64,000 nucleotides of DNA from Candidatus Latescibacterota bacterium (GTDB lineage Bacteria; Latescibacterota; UBA2968; UBA8231), in assembly GCA_965248265.1 (NCBI GenBank), contig CBDFJF010000002.1:896001-960000 (forward strand). The letters run 5' to 3'. The notes below the pieces were generated by a model. That model did no database searches. It was given only the letters and a program-made list of their open reading frames with translations, and was not told where the DNA came from. Every line of letters starts with the position of its first letter. Position 1 is the stretch's first letter. Positions 8,589 through 18,526 of the stretch are shown in pieces. Both the position numbers and the translations under genes were made by a program.

Positions 8589-10746
8589 GGTCGCCGTCAT
8601 CGGAGGCGGCTGCGCCTCCATGGCGACCGCCTTCGAGCTGACCCGTCCCGAACACGAAGGCCGATACCACGTCACCGTCTACCAGCAGGGTTGGCGCCTG
8701 GGTGGCAAAGGCGCGTCCGGTCGTGGTCCGGCCGGCCGTATCGAGGAGCACGGGCTGCACCTCTGGCTCGGTTACTACGACAACGCCTTTCGCCTGTTGC
8801 GCGAGTGTTACGCCGAACTCGGGCGGGATTCCGACACCAGCCCGATGGCGGACTGGCGGGATGCGATCTATCCCGAGAAGCAGGTCGGGCTGGCCGATCG
8901 GTCCCCTGACGGCAGCTGGTCGAGTTGGGTGGCGAGCTTTCCGCCCATTCCCGGTGAGCCGGGGGATCCGCCTGATGGTAGCGGCATGTACTCGGTCCAG
9001 TCCTACATGCTGCGCACGTCGCAGTTGATCGTCTCACTTCTCGCTTCGATCCAAGAACGTCAGGCGGATGTCACCTCCGACGCCCCTCCGAGCATCTTCC
9101 CGGATATTGGGGAAGGCGGGTTGTCCCCTGAAGCCATCGTCGATACCATTGGACGCTTTCTTCGCTATGGCGGAGTGGCAACCCTGGCGGCCGTAAACCA
9201 GGCGGCGCAGTTGCTAGCCGATGTATGCAAATCCATCCCAGGATTACCAACCAGTCCGGCGCTGCGGTTGATCGACGCAGTCAGTTCCGGCGCCGAGGGT
9301 CTGCTCAAGAACGCGATCAACACGGACCCGGAAACCCGGCGCCTGTGGGAGATCATCGATCTGGCCCTGGCCGGTCTGCGCGGCTCCATTCGTTTTGGCC
9401 TGGCCACGGATCCGAAGGGTTTCGATGCCATCAACGACTACGAGATGCGGGAGTGGCTGCGCCTGAATGGCGCCTCCGACGCCACTCTCAACTCGGCCTT
9501 CGTGCGCGGTCTGTACGACCTGGGGTTCGCCTACGAGAATGGCGATTTGAGCCGGCCTGCGATTGCCGCCGGTGTGGGGCTGCGCGGCACGATGCGCATG
9601 CTCTTCACCTACAAGGGCTCCCTGTTCTGGAAGATGCGCGCCGGCATGGGCGATGTGGTTTTTGCGCCCTTGTATGAAGTCTTGAAACGACGCGGCGTGA
9701 GCTTCAAGTATTTTCACCGGTTGGACAGCGTACGGTTGGTTGATGCTGATCGACTGGAGCCTGATGAGAAGCCGTATGTCGATTCCCTGGAATTCGACGT
9801 CCAGGCAAACATCGATGGGGGAGGGGAGTATGAGCCGCTCTTCGACGTCGGCGGCTTGCCCTGTTGGCCTTCTGAACCGGATTACGGCCAACTCGTCGAC
9901 GGGGAGCGCATCAAGCAGGAAGAGTGGAAGTTCGAATCCCATTGGGATCGCCGTAAGGCTGGGACGCAGGTGCTGCGTGTCGGTGAGGATTTCGACTTTG
10001 TCGTGCTCGGTGTCAGCCTTGGTGCCATTCCCCATGTGTGTAAGGACATCCTGGATCGCGATGCCCGCTGGCGGGCGATGGTGCAGAAGGTCAAGACGGT
10101 GGCGACCCAGGCTTTTCAACTCTGGCTGCGCGAAGACATGCGCCAGCTGGGTTGGGAGAAGGGCCCGATCAGTCTGTCCGGCTACGTAAAACCCTTCGAC
10201 ACCTGGGCTGACATGACCCAGGTCATCGAGGCGGAGTCGTGGCGCGAGGATCCGCAGGCCATTGCCTACTTCTGCAGCACCCTGGCGACACCAGCGAATT
10301 CCCAGGATATGGCCGCGTCCGAGTGCCCGGAGCAGCTACGGGCAGCAGTGCGGGAGAACGCGATCGCGTTCCTGAAAAAAGACATTGCCGCGCTGTGGCC
10401 TCAGGCGAACCATACTCCGAAGGGGTTCCGTTGGGAGTTGCTGATGGATGCCGCAGATCCGGGGAAACTACCCGATGATGCCGACGAGAGCACCTTCGAC
10501 TCGCAGTTCTGGACCGCGAATGTCAATCCGACGGATCGCTACGTGCTTTCCGTTCCGGGCAGTCCGCGTTACCGCATCTCACCGCTCGACAATACGTATG
10601 ACAACCTCACCATCGCTGGGGATTGGACTGATTGTGGTCACAACATGGGCTGTGTGGAAGCGGCGGTGATGTCGGGTCTGCTGGCCGCGCACGCCCTGTG
10701 CAAGTCGCCGGCCCTGGAAGATATCGTCGGTTACGACCATCCCTGA
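8563..10746 (+). CDS. FAD/NAD(P)-binding oxidoreductase, phytoene desaturase/amine oxidase superfamily-like
   Basis: Likely start MSDAGPAAKVAVIGGG at 8563; RLGGKGASGR, IEEHGLHLWLGYY and C-terminal NLTIAGDWT...GCVEAAVMSG motifs. Confidence 0.8.
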   Translation: MSDAGPAAKVAVIGGGCASMATAFELTRPEHEGRYHVTVYQQGWRLGGKGASGRGPAGRIEEHGLHLWLGYYDNAFRLLRECYAELGRDSDTSPMADWRDAIYPEKQVGLADRSPDGSWSSWVASFPPIPGEPGDPPDGSGMYSVQSYMLRTSQLIVSLLASIQERQADVTSDAPPSIFPDIGEGGLSPEAIVDTIGRFLRYGGVATLAAVNQAAQLLADVCKSIPGLPTSPALRLIDAVSSGAEGLLKNAINTDPETRRLWEIIDLALAGLRGSIRFGLATDPKGFDAINDYEMREWLRLNGASDATLNSAFVRGLYDLGFAYENGDLSRPAIAAGVGLRGTMRMLFTYKGSLFWKMRAGMGDVVFAPLYEVLKRRGVSFKYFHRLDSVRLVDADRLEPDEKPYVDSLEFDVQANIDGGGEYEPLFDVGGLPCWPSEPDYGQLVDGERIKQEEWKFESHWDRRKAGTQVLRVGEDFDFVVLGVSLGAIPHVCKDILDRDARWRAMVQKVKTVATQAFQLWLREDMRQLGWEKGPISLSGYVKPFDTWADMTQVIEAESWREDPQAIAYFCSTLATPANSQDMAASECPEQLRAAVRENAIAFLKKDIAALWPQANHTPKGFRWELLMDAADPGKLPDDADESTFDSQFWTANVNPTDRYVLSVPGSPRYRISPLDNTYDNLTIAGDWTDCGHNMGCVEAAVMSGLLAAHALCKSPALEDIVGYDHP

Positions 10747-10763
10747 CCCGCTGTCCTGTCCCG

Positions 10764-11978
10764 CTACGATTCCACCTCCAGCGTCATCCCGGCTGAGCGC
10801 AGTCTGTCCATGAGCACAGATCCAAGCGCGGTAGCCGGTGTCAGGATGCCGCCCCGCGCCTCGCCCCCGGGCAGCTCGGATCGCTGAGTCGCCAACGCCA
10901 GAGCGGCTTCGCACAGAATCTTGACGGTGACGCGGTTGGCCGGATCCCCCCGATCGGCCAGGCGTGCCCAGGCGAGGCTACCGTCGTGGGCGGAGGCCAC
11001 CAGCCGGCAGCGGAAATGGCCGTCGTCCATTTCACGCTCGGAGGGCCCGGTGCCCGGTTTCGGCGAGAAGATCTCGGCCAGTTGGCGCCCTCCCGGAAAG
11101 AGCAAGGAAGCCCGACCCGCGGCCAGGCCAGACGCGGCCATGGTCGCCGACACCCAGGAAAACGGCGAGCCCGTATCGAGGTACTCCTGGTAGGTAAAAT
11201 CAGTCCCGTAGGGTTCGCGCCACTGTTCCATCAGGGCGGCGCTGCGTCTGACGACCCGGGTGTTGACGGGAGCCATCACGAAGGGTGCGACCCAGGCGCC
11301 CAGATCGCTGTCGTAGTGCGCGGCCACGGGATCCTGGCTGGTGCCGGCCGGCGGCCTTGTCCCTTGCGGATTCAGTAGGAAGGGGTCATTGAGCCGTTGC
11401 ACTTCACCGCTTTCGTAGACGTTGAGGATGGAAGCCGCCGTGCCGCCGTTGATGCCACCGGATACAACGAAAAACGCTTTGACGGCGCGGCACGTGCGGC
11501 CTTGCCGACGCAGGGCATCGACGAGAACGAGTGTGCCGATGTCGGAGGGAACCGCGTCGAAGCCGCAACACGGGACGATCCTTGTGCCGTCTGACTGCGC
11601 CCGGTCGTGGTAGCGGTCAATCATGTCGCGGACCCAGGGGGTCTCACCAGTGAGATCCAGGTAGTCGGTTCGATGTTGCACGCAGGCGGCGACGACGGGC
11701 TCGCCGATGCGGCCATACGGACTGGCGACGGCAACCACGGTCCGCGTACTGCGCACCATTTCCTCGATCGCTGGCGGCGACTGTCCGTCAGCTACAATCA
11801 CTGACACCTGGTCCGTGAGCCCGAGTGCGCCTGCCAGGTCCTCGAGTTTGCGGCGATCGCGCCCGGCAATGGCCCAACGTGTGGATGGGGCGGCGTAGTC
11901 CTTCAAGTAACGGGCGCACTGGTTGCCGATGAAACCGGTGGCGCCGTAGAGGACGAGGTCGAGCTCTCTATCTGTCAA
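10764..11978 (-). CDS. Saccharopine dehydrogenase-like oxidoreductase (trans-acting enoyl reductase family)
   Basis: DLVLYGATGFIG, AIAGRD, YLDLTGE, CCGFDAVPSDIG and GGILTPATALG motifs. Start is probably TTG near 11978 rather than 12083. Confidence 0.85.
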   Translation of the reverse strand: MTDRELDLVLYGATGFIGNQCARYLKDYAAPSTRWAIAGRDRRKLEDLAGALGLTDQVSVIVADGQSPPAIEEMVRSTRTVVAVASPYGRIGEPVVAACVQHRTDYLDLTGETPWVRDMIDRYHDRAQSDGTRIVPCCGFDAVPSDIGTLVLVDALRRQGRTCRAVKAFFVVSGGINGGTAASILNVYESGEVQRLNDPFLLNPQGTRPPAGTSQDPVAAHYDSDLGAWVAPFVMAPVNTRVVRRSAALMEQWREPYGTDFTYQEYLDTGSPFSWVSATMAASGLAAGRASLLFPGGRQLAEIFSPKPGTGPSEREMDDGHFRCRLVASAHDGSLAWARLADRGDPANRVTVKILCEAALALATQRSELPGGEARGGILTPATALGSVLMDRLRSAGMTLEVES

Positions 11979-12119
11979 ACTGCATCTATTTCCGCTGACA
12001 ACGTGGGGTCTGTGGGACAACGTTTGCTTGGGACTTATACAACATAGCAAGTATATTACGGCCTCTCGACCCAGTCGTCGCACTCCAGACGCATCACCGA
12101 TACAGGAAACAAGACCGAG

Positions 12120-14150
12120 TTGGCTCTATATCTCAAGAAACCGCGCCGATTATTGGCACTATTGCTGGCGGTGGCGTGTCTGACAACGTCTGCATCCGCA
12201 GTTGGAGCCGCACCGCCACTGATTCTGACGGATGGTCAAAGCGAGTACCCCCTCGGCATGTACCTGGACGTGCTTGAGGATGGCAAGCCATCCTGGTCGA
12301 TCGACGACGTGAGCAGCACGCCGGTATCAGAGCGTTTCACCGCCAGCGAGCAAGAGTCACCCTACTTCGGCCCGGTACCCGTAGGCTATGTGTGGGTCAA
12401 GTTCACGGTGCGCAACGATTCTGCCGATCCGACCTGGATCGTCGAGGCACTGCCAGCGGTCAACTACGAGATTGACCTCTACACCTCTCAGACTCGCAAT
12501 GACGGTTCGCGATTCTGGCAAATCGAAAAGACCGGCGGCCAGGTGCCCTTCGTGGATTGGCCGGTTAAACATCGACACTTCCCATTGCGCCTCGCCATCC
12601 AGCCGGGCGAGAGTCGAACCTTCTACATGCACATCGGCGCCAACGTCGTGTTCCTCAACATGACGTTGCGGTCAGAGGAATCGTTCGCCAAGCACGATCA
12701 TGACGAGCAGATCGTCCTCGGGCTGTTTTACGGTCTCACCGCCGTCATGGTGCTGTACAATCTTTTCCTGTTTTTTGCACTGCGCGAAACCACCTACCTC
12801 TACTACGTGCTGATGATCGGCTTCGGCGGCCTCTGGTTCGCCCAATTCAATGGCATGGCGCCGGAATATTTGTGGCCGCGAACCACGTGGGGATGGTACC
12901 GGGTGCACATTCTCGTCGCTCCGCTGTACCTGTTCTGGGGTCTGCGATTCGTCCAGACCTTTCTGTTGACGCGGACGTACGCCCCAAGAATACACAAGGT
13001 GATCTCTGTGTTGATGGGGACGAACTTGGTGTTTGCGTTGCTGGCCGTGGCCGACATGCACACCGGCATCATCCCATTTTTCGATTCAGTCTATCAATGG
13101 AGCATCTGGATCTGCGTGTTCTCGGCCGGGATCGTCACCTGGCGAAGAGGCTTTCGTCCAGCGCGCTATTTCTTGATTGCCTGGGGGGCTTACGTGGGCG
13201 GCGCGCTATCCATCCTCGCGGTCGCCGTCGGCGTGTTCCCGTTCAATTTCGTCACCTGGCACAGTTTTCAGTTCGGACAGGCGCTCGAGGCCGTGCTGTT
13301 GTCGCTGGCCCTGGCGAATCGAATCAACATTCTGCGCCATGAAAAAGAGCTCGAAGAGGCAGCTGCCCGGGAGGCGGAGTTGCGGGCGCGCGGCGCCGAG
13401 TTGGAGGCGCGGGCGATGGAAGAGGAGCTGCGCACCGCCCACAATCTGCAGATGGGCTTGATGCCCAGAGAGCAGCCTAATGTCCCCGGGATCGACGTTG
13501 CGGGACTGTGCGTGCCGGCCGAACACGTCGGTGGTGATTTCTACCAGTACTACAACTTGCCGGACGGTCGCTTTGCCGTGTCGATGGCCGATGTGACGGG
13601 TCACTCCATGGAAGCGGCCATTCCGATGGTCTTGTTCAGCGGTGTGCTCAGCAGTCAGATGACGTCCGGGGTTTCCATCGAGGAACTGTTTCCCCACCTC
13701 AATGATACAATGCACGAGACCCTCGATACGTACACCTTCGTGTGTTTCACCATGGCGGAATTCGATCCCACGACGCGTCGCTTGAGGCTTTCCAACGGAG
13801 GCTGTCCCTCTCCCTACCACTACCGTGCAGCTTCCAGAGACATGGTGGAGCTGGAGATGGGTGCTTATCCACTCGGCGTGCGCAAGCAGACCGAATACGG
13901 TGTACTGGAGACGCAGCTGGAGGTCGGTGACTATCTCGTGTTCTACTCCGATGGGATAACCGAGGCCGAAAAACGTCCTGGGAATCAATTCGGCCCGGAG
14001 CGCACGGCCAACATAATTCAAGGTGGATGTGAGGAAGGATTGTCCGCCACCGCGGTGCTGGAGCGGGTCATAGAGGAAGTCCGAGCGTTCACCGGGGCCA
14101 ATACCGAAGCGGACGACCAGACCATCGTGGTGTTGAAGGTCGAGAGCTGA
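12120..14150 (+). CDS. 7TM-DISM sensor (extracellular DISMED2 plus 7TM) fused to a SpoIIE/PP2C phosphatase
   Basis: Signal peptide; LGLFYGL...YNLFLF...YLYY and RPARYFLIAW in the 7TM part; VGGDFY, ADVTGH, YSDGITE and DDQT in the PP2C part. Confidence 0.9.
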   Translation: MALYLKKPRRLLALLLAVACLTTSASAVGAAPPLILTDGQSEYPLGMYLDVLEDGKPSWSIDDVSSTPVSERFTASEQESPYFGPVPVGYVWVKFTVRNDSADPTWIVEALPAVNYEIDLYTSQTRNDGSRFWQIEKTGGQVPFVDWPVKHRHFPLRLAIQPGESRTFYMHIGANVVFLNMTLRSEESFAKHDHDEQIVLGLFYGLTAVMVLYNLFLFFALRETTYLYYVLMIGFGGLWFAQFNGMAPEYLWPRTTWGWYRVHILVAPLYLFWGLRFVQTFLLTRTYAPRIHKVISVLMGTNLVFALLAVADMHTGIIPFFDSVYQWSIWICVFSAGIVTWRRGFRPARYFLIAWGAYVGGALSILAVAVGVFPFNFVTWHSFQFGQALEAVLLSLALANRINILRHEKELEEAAAREAELRARGAELEARAMEEELRTAHNLQMGLMPREQPNVPGIDVAGLCVPAEHVGGDFYQYYNLPDGRFAVSMADVTGHSMEAAIPMVLFSGVLSSQMTSGVSIEELFPHLNDTMHETLDTYTFVCFTMAEFDPTTRRLRLSNGGCPSPYHYRAASRDMVELEMGAYPLGVRKQTEYGVLETQLEVGDYLVFYSDGITEAEKRPGNQFGPERTANIIQGGCEEGLSATAVLERVIEEVRAFTGANTEADDQTIVVLKVES

Positions 14151-14151
14151 C

Positions 14152-17109
14152 ATGGTAGCTCGAATGATCACGGCGGATGACCTGGGGCAGTTGCCGGCGT
14201 GGGCGATCGTGGCGCTCTATGCGCGGGCATCGTTGAGGGCTTTACCGGCGGCAGCTGAGCTGATACAGGACCAGTCCTTGGCCCTGGATGCCGTCCACAT
14301 TGAAGCTGCTGCTGCTGCCACCCTGAGGGCGGCGGTGGCGGGTCAGACTGGCGCGCAGGACGAAAGGTTGCTCGGGGGACTCGCCGAGCGCTTGAATCAG
14401 TCAGAGCCGTCCGGAAGGCTCGCCGCAGGGGCAATGGCCTCGACACTTTCGACATCGGGTGTCGGTGATCTGGATGTCCTTGTAAACGAACTGTCGGAGC
14501 TTGATTACATAGCCGCGAATCTGGACGACTATCAGCTCTTGATGGATCGGTCCGGGGGCGGCCGCCCCGATGATCGCTCGCGGCCAGCTCCCAGAGAGCT
14601 ACTGGAGTATCCTCTGTGGCCCGACGACCCGCCACAGGAGGTAGTTGAGCTCAGCGATCAACTCTTCAAGAACCTGCAGCGATTCGGCCAAGCCGATGCA
14701 GGTGAGATCTATCACATGCTGTCGGGCGGCAAAACTGACTGGGGACAGGTCGAGAGATTCCTCGGCGGCCTGGTAGAAAGCACGTCCACCTCGCAGGATC
14801 AATCCACAGACCCCTCGAATACCACCACGCAGGACCAGGCAGAGACCAAGTCAGGCGGCTCGGGCGGAGGCCCACCGCAACCACCTGCCGACCCGCCGCG
14901 CCTGAGCATGATCGCCGATGAGGCGCTGCAGAGTGACGCGGATGACCGTCTCGGCTTCAGTGATTACGCCAATTCGCTGGCCGATCTGATCCACAATCCG
15001 AAGACGGGGACACCGCTGACCCTGGCCATCAACGCGCCATGGGGAGCCGGCAAGACGACGCTGGCGCGCATGGTCGAGCGCCGGCTGATAGAGCGAAAAT
15101 CCCACGTCACCTGCTGGTTCAATGCCTGGCTGCACGACGAGGCCGGGGATCTGGCCGGTGCTTTCGCCGGCGTGGTGGCGCGCGAAGCCAATCGCAACCG
15201 CCCGCGCTGGCGGCGGATCATCTCTCCCGTGCCGCTGTCGCTGCTGTCTCCGACCCAGCGGCTGACCCGCCGGTTGTTGTTTCTCGCTATCGTCATCCTG
15301 TTGGCTCTCGGGATCAGCTTGTGGGGCCCGGAGTCCGAAGCCCTCGACCAATTCTCGACCTGGGCACTGCAGCAATCCGTCGGGGCGAAGGCTCTCGTCA
15401 ACGCCAGTGCGGATTCCCTGCGCACCTACGACATAGCAATGGTGAGCGATGGTGCTGACACTACACGACTGTCCATAGCCGTCAATCAGAGTGCACCAAG
15501 CCCGGAGGACTCACCCTTCGAAGGTGGGGTCTGGTCCTGGTTTTTGAGCAGCCTGGGGATTCTGGCCGGCCTTGGTAAACTGGCCAACATGTTCAGCCCG
15601 GTGGCCCGTTCCCTCGCCGACTTTGTGCAGAACAGACAGAAGACTTCCAACGAGCAATCGCTGAATGAGGTCAGGTCGCAATTGAGAAGGCTGATCCGCC
15701 AGGCAACGCCGGACAACAACCGCTTCGTCATCTTCGTCGACGACCTCGAGCGTTGTCAGCCGCCGCGGCCCGTCGAGGTGATGGAAGTAGTCAGCCAGCT
15801 GCTGGCGCACCAGGACGTAGTCACCGTCATCGTCGCCGACATGCCGGCCGTCGCCGCCTGTGCCGAGATCAAGTACGAGGCGCTGGCACAGCGCTATCAA
15901 CCCAGCGGCGGCACTGCTCTCCGCACGGATGAGAGCAGCAGCCGGCAGGCATACGGCCGTCTCTATCTCCAGAAAATCGTCCAGCTCCAGTTCGATCTGC
16001 CATCGCAGGCATCGGGGCAGATCGAGAAGCTGATCAAGGATTACGTGGTAGAGCAGGAAGAAGACGTTGAGCAGGGGAATGCGGAAGAGCCGTCGGATGA
16101 CAAGAGCAGCGACACTCTATCGCTCATCGCTCGCGCGGGTGGAATCCTTCAGCCCGCCTCGAATGATCATTCATCAGAAGAGTCGATCGAAGACCTGATC
16201 AAAGAGGCCTGGCGGAGCAAGATCTGGCTCATCGGTGTCCTGCGGACGCTGCTGACTGTCGTCGCCGCGCCGTTCCTATGGTCGGTTCAGGCCGGGCGCA
16301 AGCTGGGATATCCGACTACCCGGCGAGGTCATCTATCGAACCGATCTGGTCTAGATCAATTCGTGTACGGCGTGAATTATCTGGGATGCTTCGGCTACAT
16401 GTATTTCGTCGTCCTCTATTGGAGCCTCTGCGCCTACAACAGCCATCTATTCAACGCGTACGGCGCGTCCGTGCCCGTCGTCCTGCTTCCAGTCGTTCTT
16501 CTGTTCAATGGTTTCTTCGCCTACGCCAAGTTCCGGGGCGACCGGGCCATGGTCGCGGTTGTGGAGGCCGAGATCGACCAGACATTTCGCCGGGCAAAAG
16601 ACGTCGACGCGGTCACGGAGGCGCTCATGGACAGCAGTTTCGCGAAGCAGATCGACCTCACTGAACTGATCCAGGAGCGCGAGCGATTCTACGTCACCAG
16701 TGATTCAGAGCTGATGGCCGAGGCCGAACGGGCGGCCCTGGAGTTCGTACCGCCTTTGCCGCGCAATGCCAAGCGATTCCTCAATCGGCTCCGTCTGGTC
16801 CTCAGCATTGCCTACCAGCGAGGTGTCTTTGTCGGTGAGCCCGTCGTTACGGCGCGGCATGTTGCCAAGTGGGCGGTGTTGCAGGAGCGCTGGCCCGAGC
16901 TGGCTCAAGCCCTGGGTACCAAACCGGAGGTCATCGACGATCTGGAAGGAAGCTTAACAGACAGGACAGCGCTGCGATCGACGATCGAGAGACTGGCGCC
17001 TTCGTACGTCGAGGATGATGACCTGGCTGTTTTTCTCAAGAAAGAGACGTTCGGCGCGCCCGTTTTGAGCCGGTTGGTGCGGTTCGAAAGGATGGCTGAA
17101 GCCGACTAG
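14152..17109 (+). CDS. KAP family P-loop NTPase with transmembrane insertions
   Basis: DDRLGF, Walker A INAPWGAGKTT, WFNAW, Walker B IFVDDLERC, YLQKIVQLQFDLP and PRNAKRFLN motifs, with intervening hydrophobic segments. Confidence 0.88.
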   Translation: MVARMITADDLGQLPAWAIVALYARASLRALPAAAELIQDQSLALDAVHIEAAAAATLRAAVAGQTGAQDERLLGGLAERLNQSEPSGRLAAGAMASTLSTSGVGDLDVLVNELSELDYIAANLDDYQLLMDRSGGGRPDDRSRPAPRELLEYPLWPDDPPQEVVELSDQLFKNLQRFGQADAGEIYHMLSGGKTDWGQVERFLGGLVESTSTSQDQSTDPSNTTTQDQAETKSGGSGGGPPQPPADPPRLSMIADEALQSDADDRLGFSDYANSLADLIHNPKTGTPLTLAINAPWGAGKTTLARMVERRLIERKSHVTCWFNAWLHDEAGDLAGAFAGVVAREANRNRPRWRRIISPVPLSLLSPTQRLTRRLLFLAIVILLALGISLWGPESEALDQFSTWALQQSVGAKALVNASADSLRTYDIAMVSDGADTTRLSIAVNQSAPSPEDSPFEGGVWSWFLSSLGILAGLGKLANMFSPVARSLADFVQNRQKTSNEQSLNEVRSQLRRLIRQATPDNNRFVIFVDDLERCQPPRPVEVMEVVSQLLAHQDVVTVIVADMPAVAACAEIKYEALAQRYQPSGGTALRTDESSSRQAYGRLYLQKIVQLQFDLPSQASGQIEKLIKDYVVEQEEDVEQGNAEEPSDDKSSDTLSLIARAGGILQPASNDHSSEESIEDLIKEAWRSKIWLIGVLRTLLTVVAAPFLWSVQAGRKLGYPTTRRGHLSNRSGLDQFVYGVNYLGCFGYMYFVVLYWSLCAYNSHLFNAYGASVPVVLLPVVLLFNGFFAYAKFRGDRAMVAVVEAEIDQTFRRAKDVDAVTEALMDSSFAKQIDLTELIQERERFYVTSDSELMAEAERAALEFVPPLPRNAKRFLNRLRLVLSIAYQRGVFVGEPVVTARHVAKWAVLQERWPELAQALGTKPEVIDDLEGSLTDRTALRSTIERLAPSYVEDDDLAVFLKKETFGAPVLSRLVRFERMAEAD

Positions 17110-17114
17110 GCACT

Positions 17115-17474
17115 TCAGAGTTTGATCAAGGCTGTCATGTAAGCTGCGTTTATGGCAAACAGGGTGGCCATGAATCCGAGTGTCCAGAAGAAATGCGAGT
17201 CAGCTTGTTTTTGCATCTCCCCGAATTGCCTCTGCATCTCTCCGAATTGGCTCTGCACATCCCCGAAGCGGCTCTGCACATCCCCAAAGCGGCCCTGCAC
17301 ATCCCCAAATTGCCCCTGCACCTCCGTAAACCGTGCCTGCATCTCCACACGGATTTCCCGGATGTCCAGGCGGATGTCCTGGAGGTCCTCGCGTAGATAG
17401 TTGATGCCCCAGTGCATGTCCTCGGGTGCCTGGTTGGGGGAAGAGTCAGGGGTTGACCGATCGCGATCTGCCAT
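17115..17474 (-). CDS. Small coiled-coil protein with C-terminal membrane anchor (long paralog)
   Basis: Heptads VQGQFGD/VQGRFGD/VQSRFGD; hydrophobic tail FFWTLGFMATLFAINAAYMTALIKL; GGAG RBS. Confidence 0.75.
   Translation of the reverse strand: MADRDRSTPDSSPNQAPEDMHWGINYLREDLQDIRLDIREIRVEMQARFTEVQGQFGDVQGRFGDVQSRFGDVQSQFGEMQRQFGEMQKQADSHFFWTLGFMATLFAINAAYMTALIKL
17214..17345 (-). repeat. Degenerate 21-bp tandem repeats encoding heptads
   Basis: Units such as cacatccccgaagcggctctg, cacatccccaaagcggccctg and cacatccccaaattgcccctg on the + strand. Confidence 0.85.
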
Positions 17475-17713
17475 GTTGTGTCTCCGGAGAAGGTAGTTGT
17501 CGATACGCAGGCAGACAAACGCAATTTCAGTACCTGCGCGACCTCCTCAGTGAGCACCTCATTGGCGTTGGGCAAGTGTAACCCTCACGACACAGGTATG
17601 TTCCTGAATGGCGCCAGAAGGCGTGGGGTTGGAGAAAAGCGAAAAGCGCCACAGCTGATGCTGCAGCGCTCAATTTGGAGGTAAAGGCCGGAGTGCCAGT
17701 AAGGACCGGCACT

Positions 17714-17989
17714 TCAGAGCTTGATCAAGGCCGTCATGTAAGCTGCGTTTATGGCAAACAGGGTCGCCATGAACCCGAGTGTCCAGAAGAAACGCGAGTC
17801 CAATTGTTTCTGCATTGCGGTAAATTTGCTCTCCACATCCCCGAAGCGGCCCTGTATCTCGACGCGGATCTCCCGAATGTCCAGACGGATATCCTGGATG
17901 TCCTCGCGCAGGTAGTTGATACCCCAGTGCATGTCCTCGGGTGTCTGGTTGGGGGAAGAGTCAGGGGTTGGCCGGTCGCGATCTGCCAT
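17714..17989 (-). CDS. Small coiled-coil protein with C-terminal membrane anchor (short paralog)
   Basis: Near-identical N- and C-termini to 17115-17474, but 28 aa (4 heptads) shorter. Confidence 0.75.
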   Translation of the reverse strand: MADRDRPTPDSSPNQTPEDMHWGINYLREDIQDIRLDIREIRVEIQGRFGDVESKFTAMQKQLDSRFFWTLGFMATLFAINAAYMTALIKL

Positions 17990-18148
17990 AGGTTAAGCTC
18001 CAATAGAAGATAATCGTGGAATCACCAGCGCACAACGCAATTCCGGTGCCACATCAAACCCTCTGACGAGGATGCCCTCACGTCCCAAATAGTGTTACCT
18101 CATGCGCCCACCAGTGTTTCCCGACAACCTCATGCGGACGGTGGCACT

Positions 18149-18484
18149 CTAGAAATCAGCGTACTCCGGCCGCGACGGCGCGAATACCTCAACCACAACC
18201 GAATCCTCCAGCGCATCGGCCGCGTGGACCTTGTCGCCCTCCATCACATACCCATCACCCGCCTCAGCGATGAACTCGTCTTCCGGGTTCTCGCCATAGA
18301 ACCTAATCTTGCCCGAGATGCACATGCCGATCTGCACCGGTCCATGGCTGTGCAGGGGTATCTGTGAGCCCTTATTCAATGTTATGTGGCAGAGCATGGC
18401 GTCGTCGTTGTAGGTCAGGGTGCGGCGGGTGATGCCGTCGAGCATTTCTACGGCATTGGCAGTGTCGATGCTTTTCTGTTTCAC
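18149..18484 (-). CDS. Cupin domain protein
   Basis: PLHSHGPVQIG...SG and GDGYVMEGDKVH cupin motifs; ends VEVFAPSRPEY. Confidence 0.85.
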   Translation of the reverse strand: MKQKSIDTANAVEMLDGITRRTLTYNDDAMLCHITLNKGSQIPLHSHGPVQIGMCISGKIRFYGENPEDEFIAEAGDGYVMEGDKVHAADALEDSVVVEVFAPSRPEYADF

Positions 18485-18526
18485 AGGTGATGAATCCTTT
18501 CAGTCAGATGGTGGGAAGTTTCGATA

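Noticed and set aside
17214-17345. 21-bp repeats as CRISPR, or the paralog pair as a DGR template/variable pair
   Set aside because: The repeats are contiguous coding heptads, differences are not adenine-specific, and there is no reverse transcriptase.
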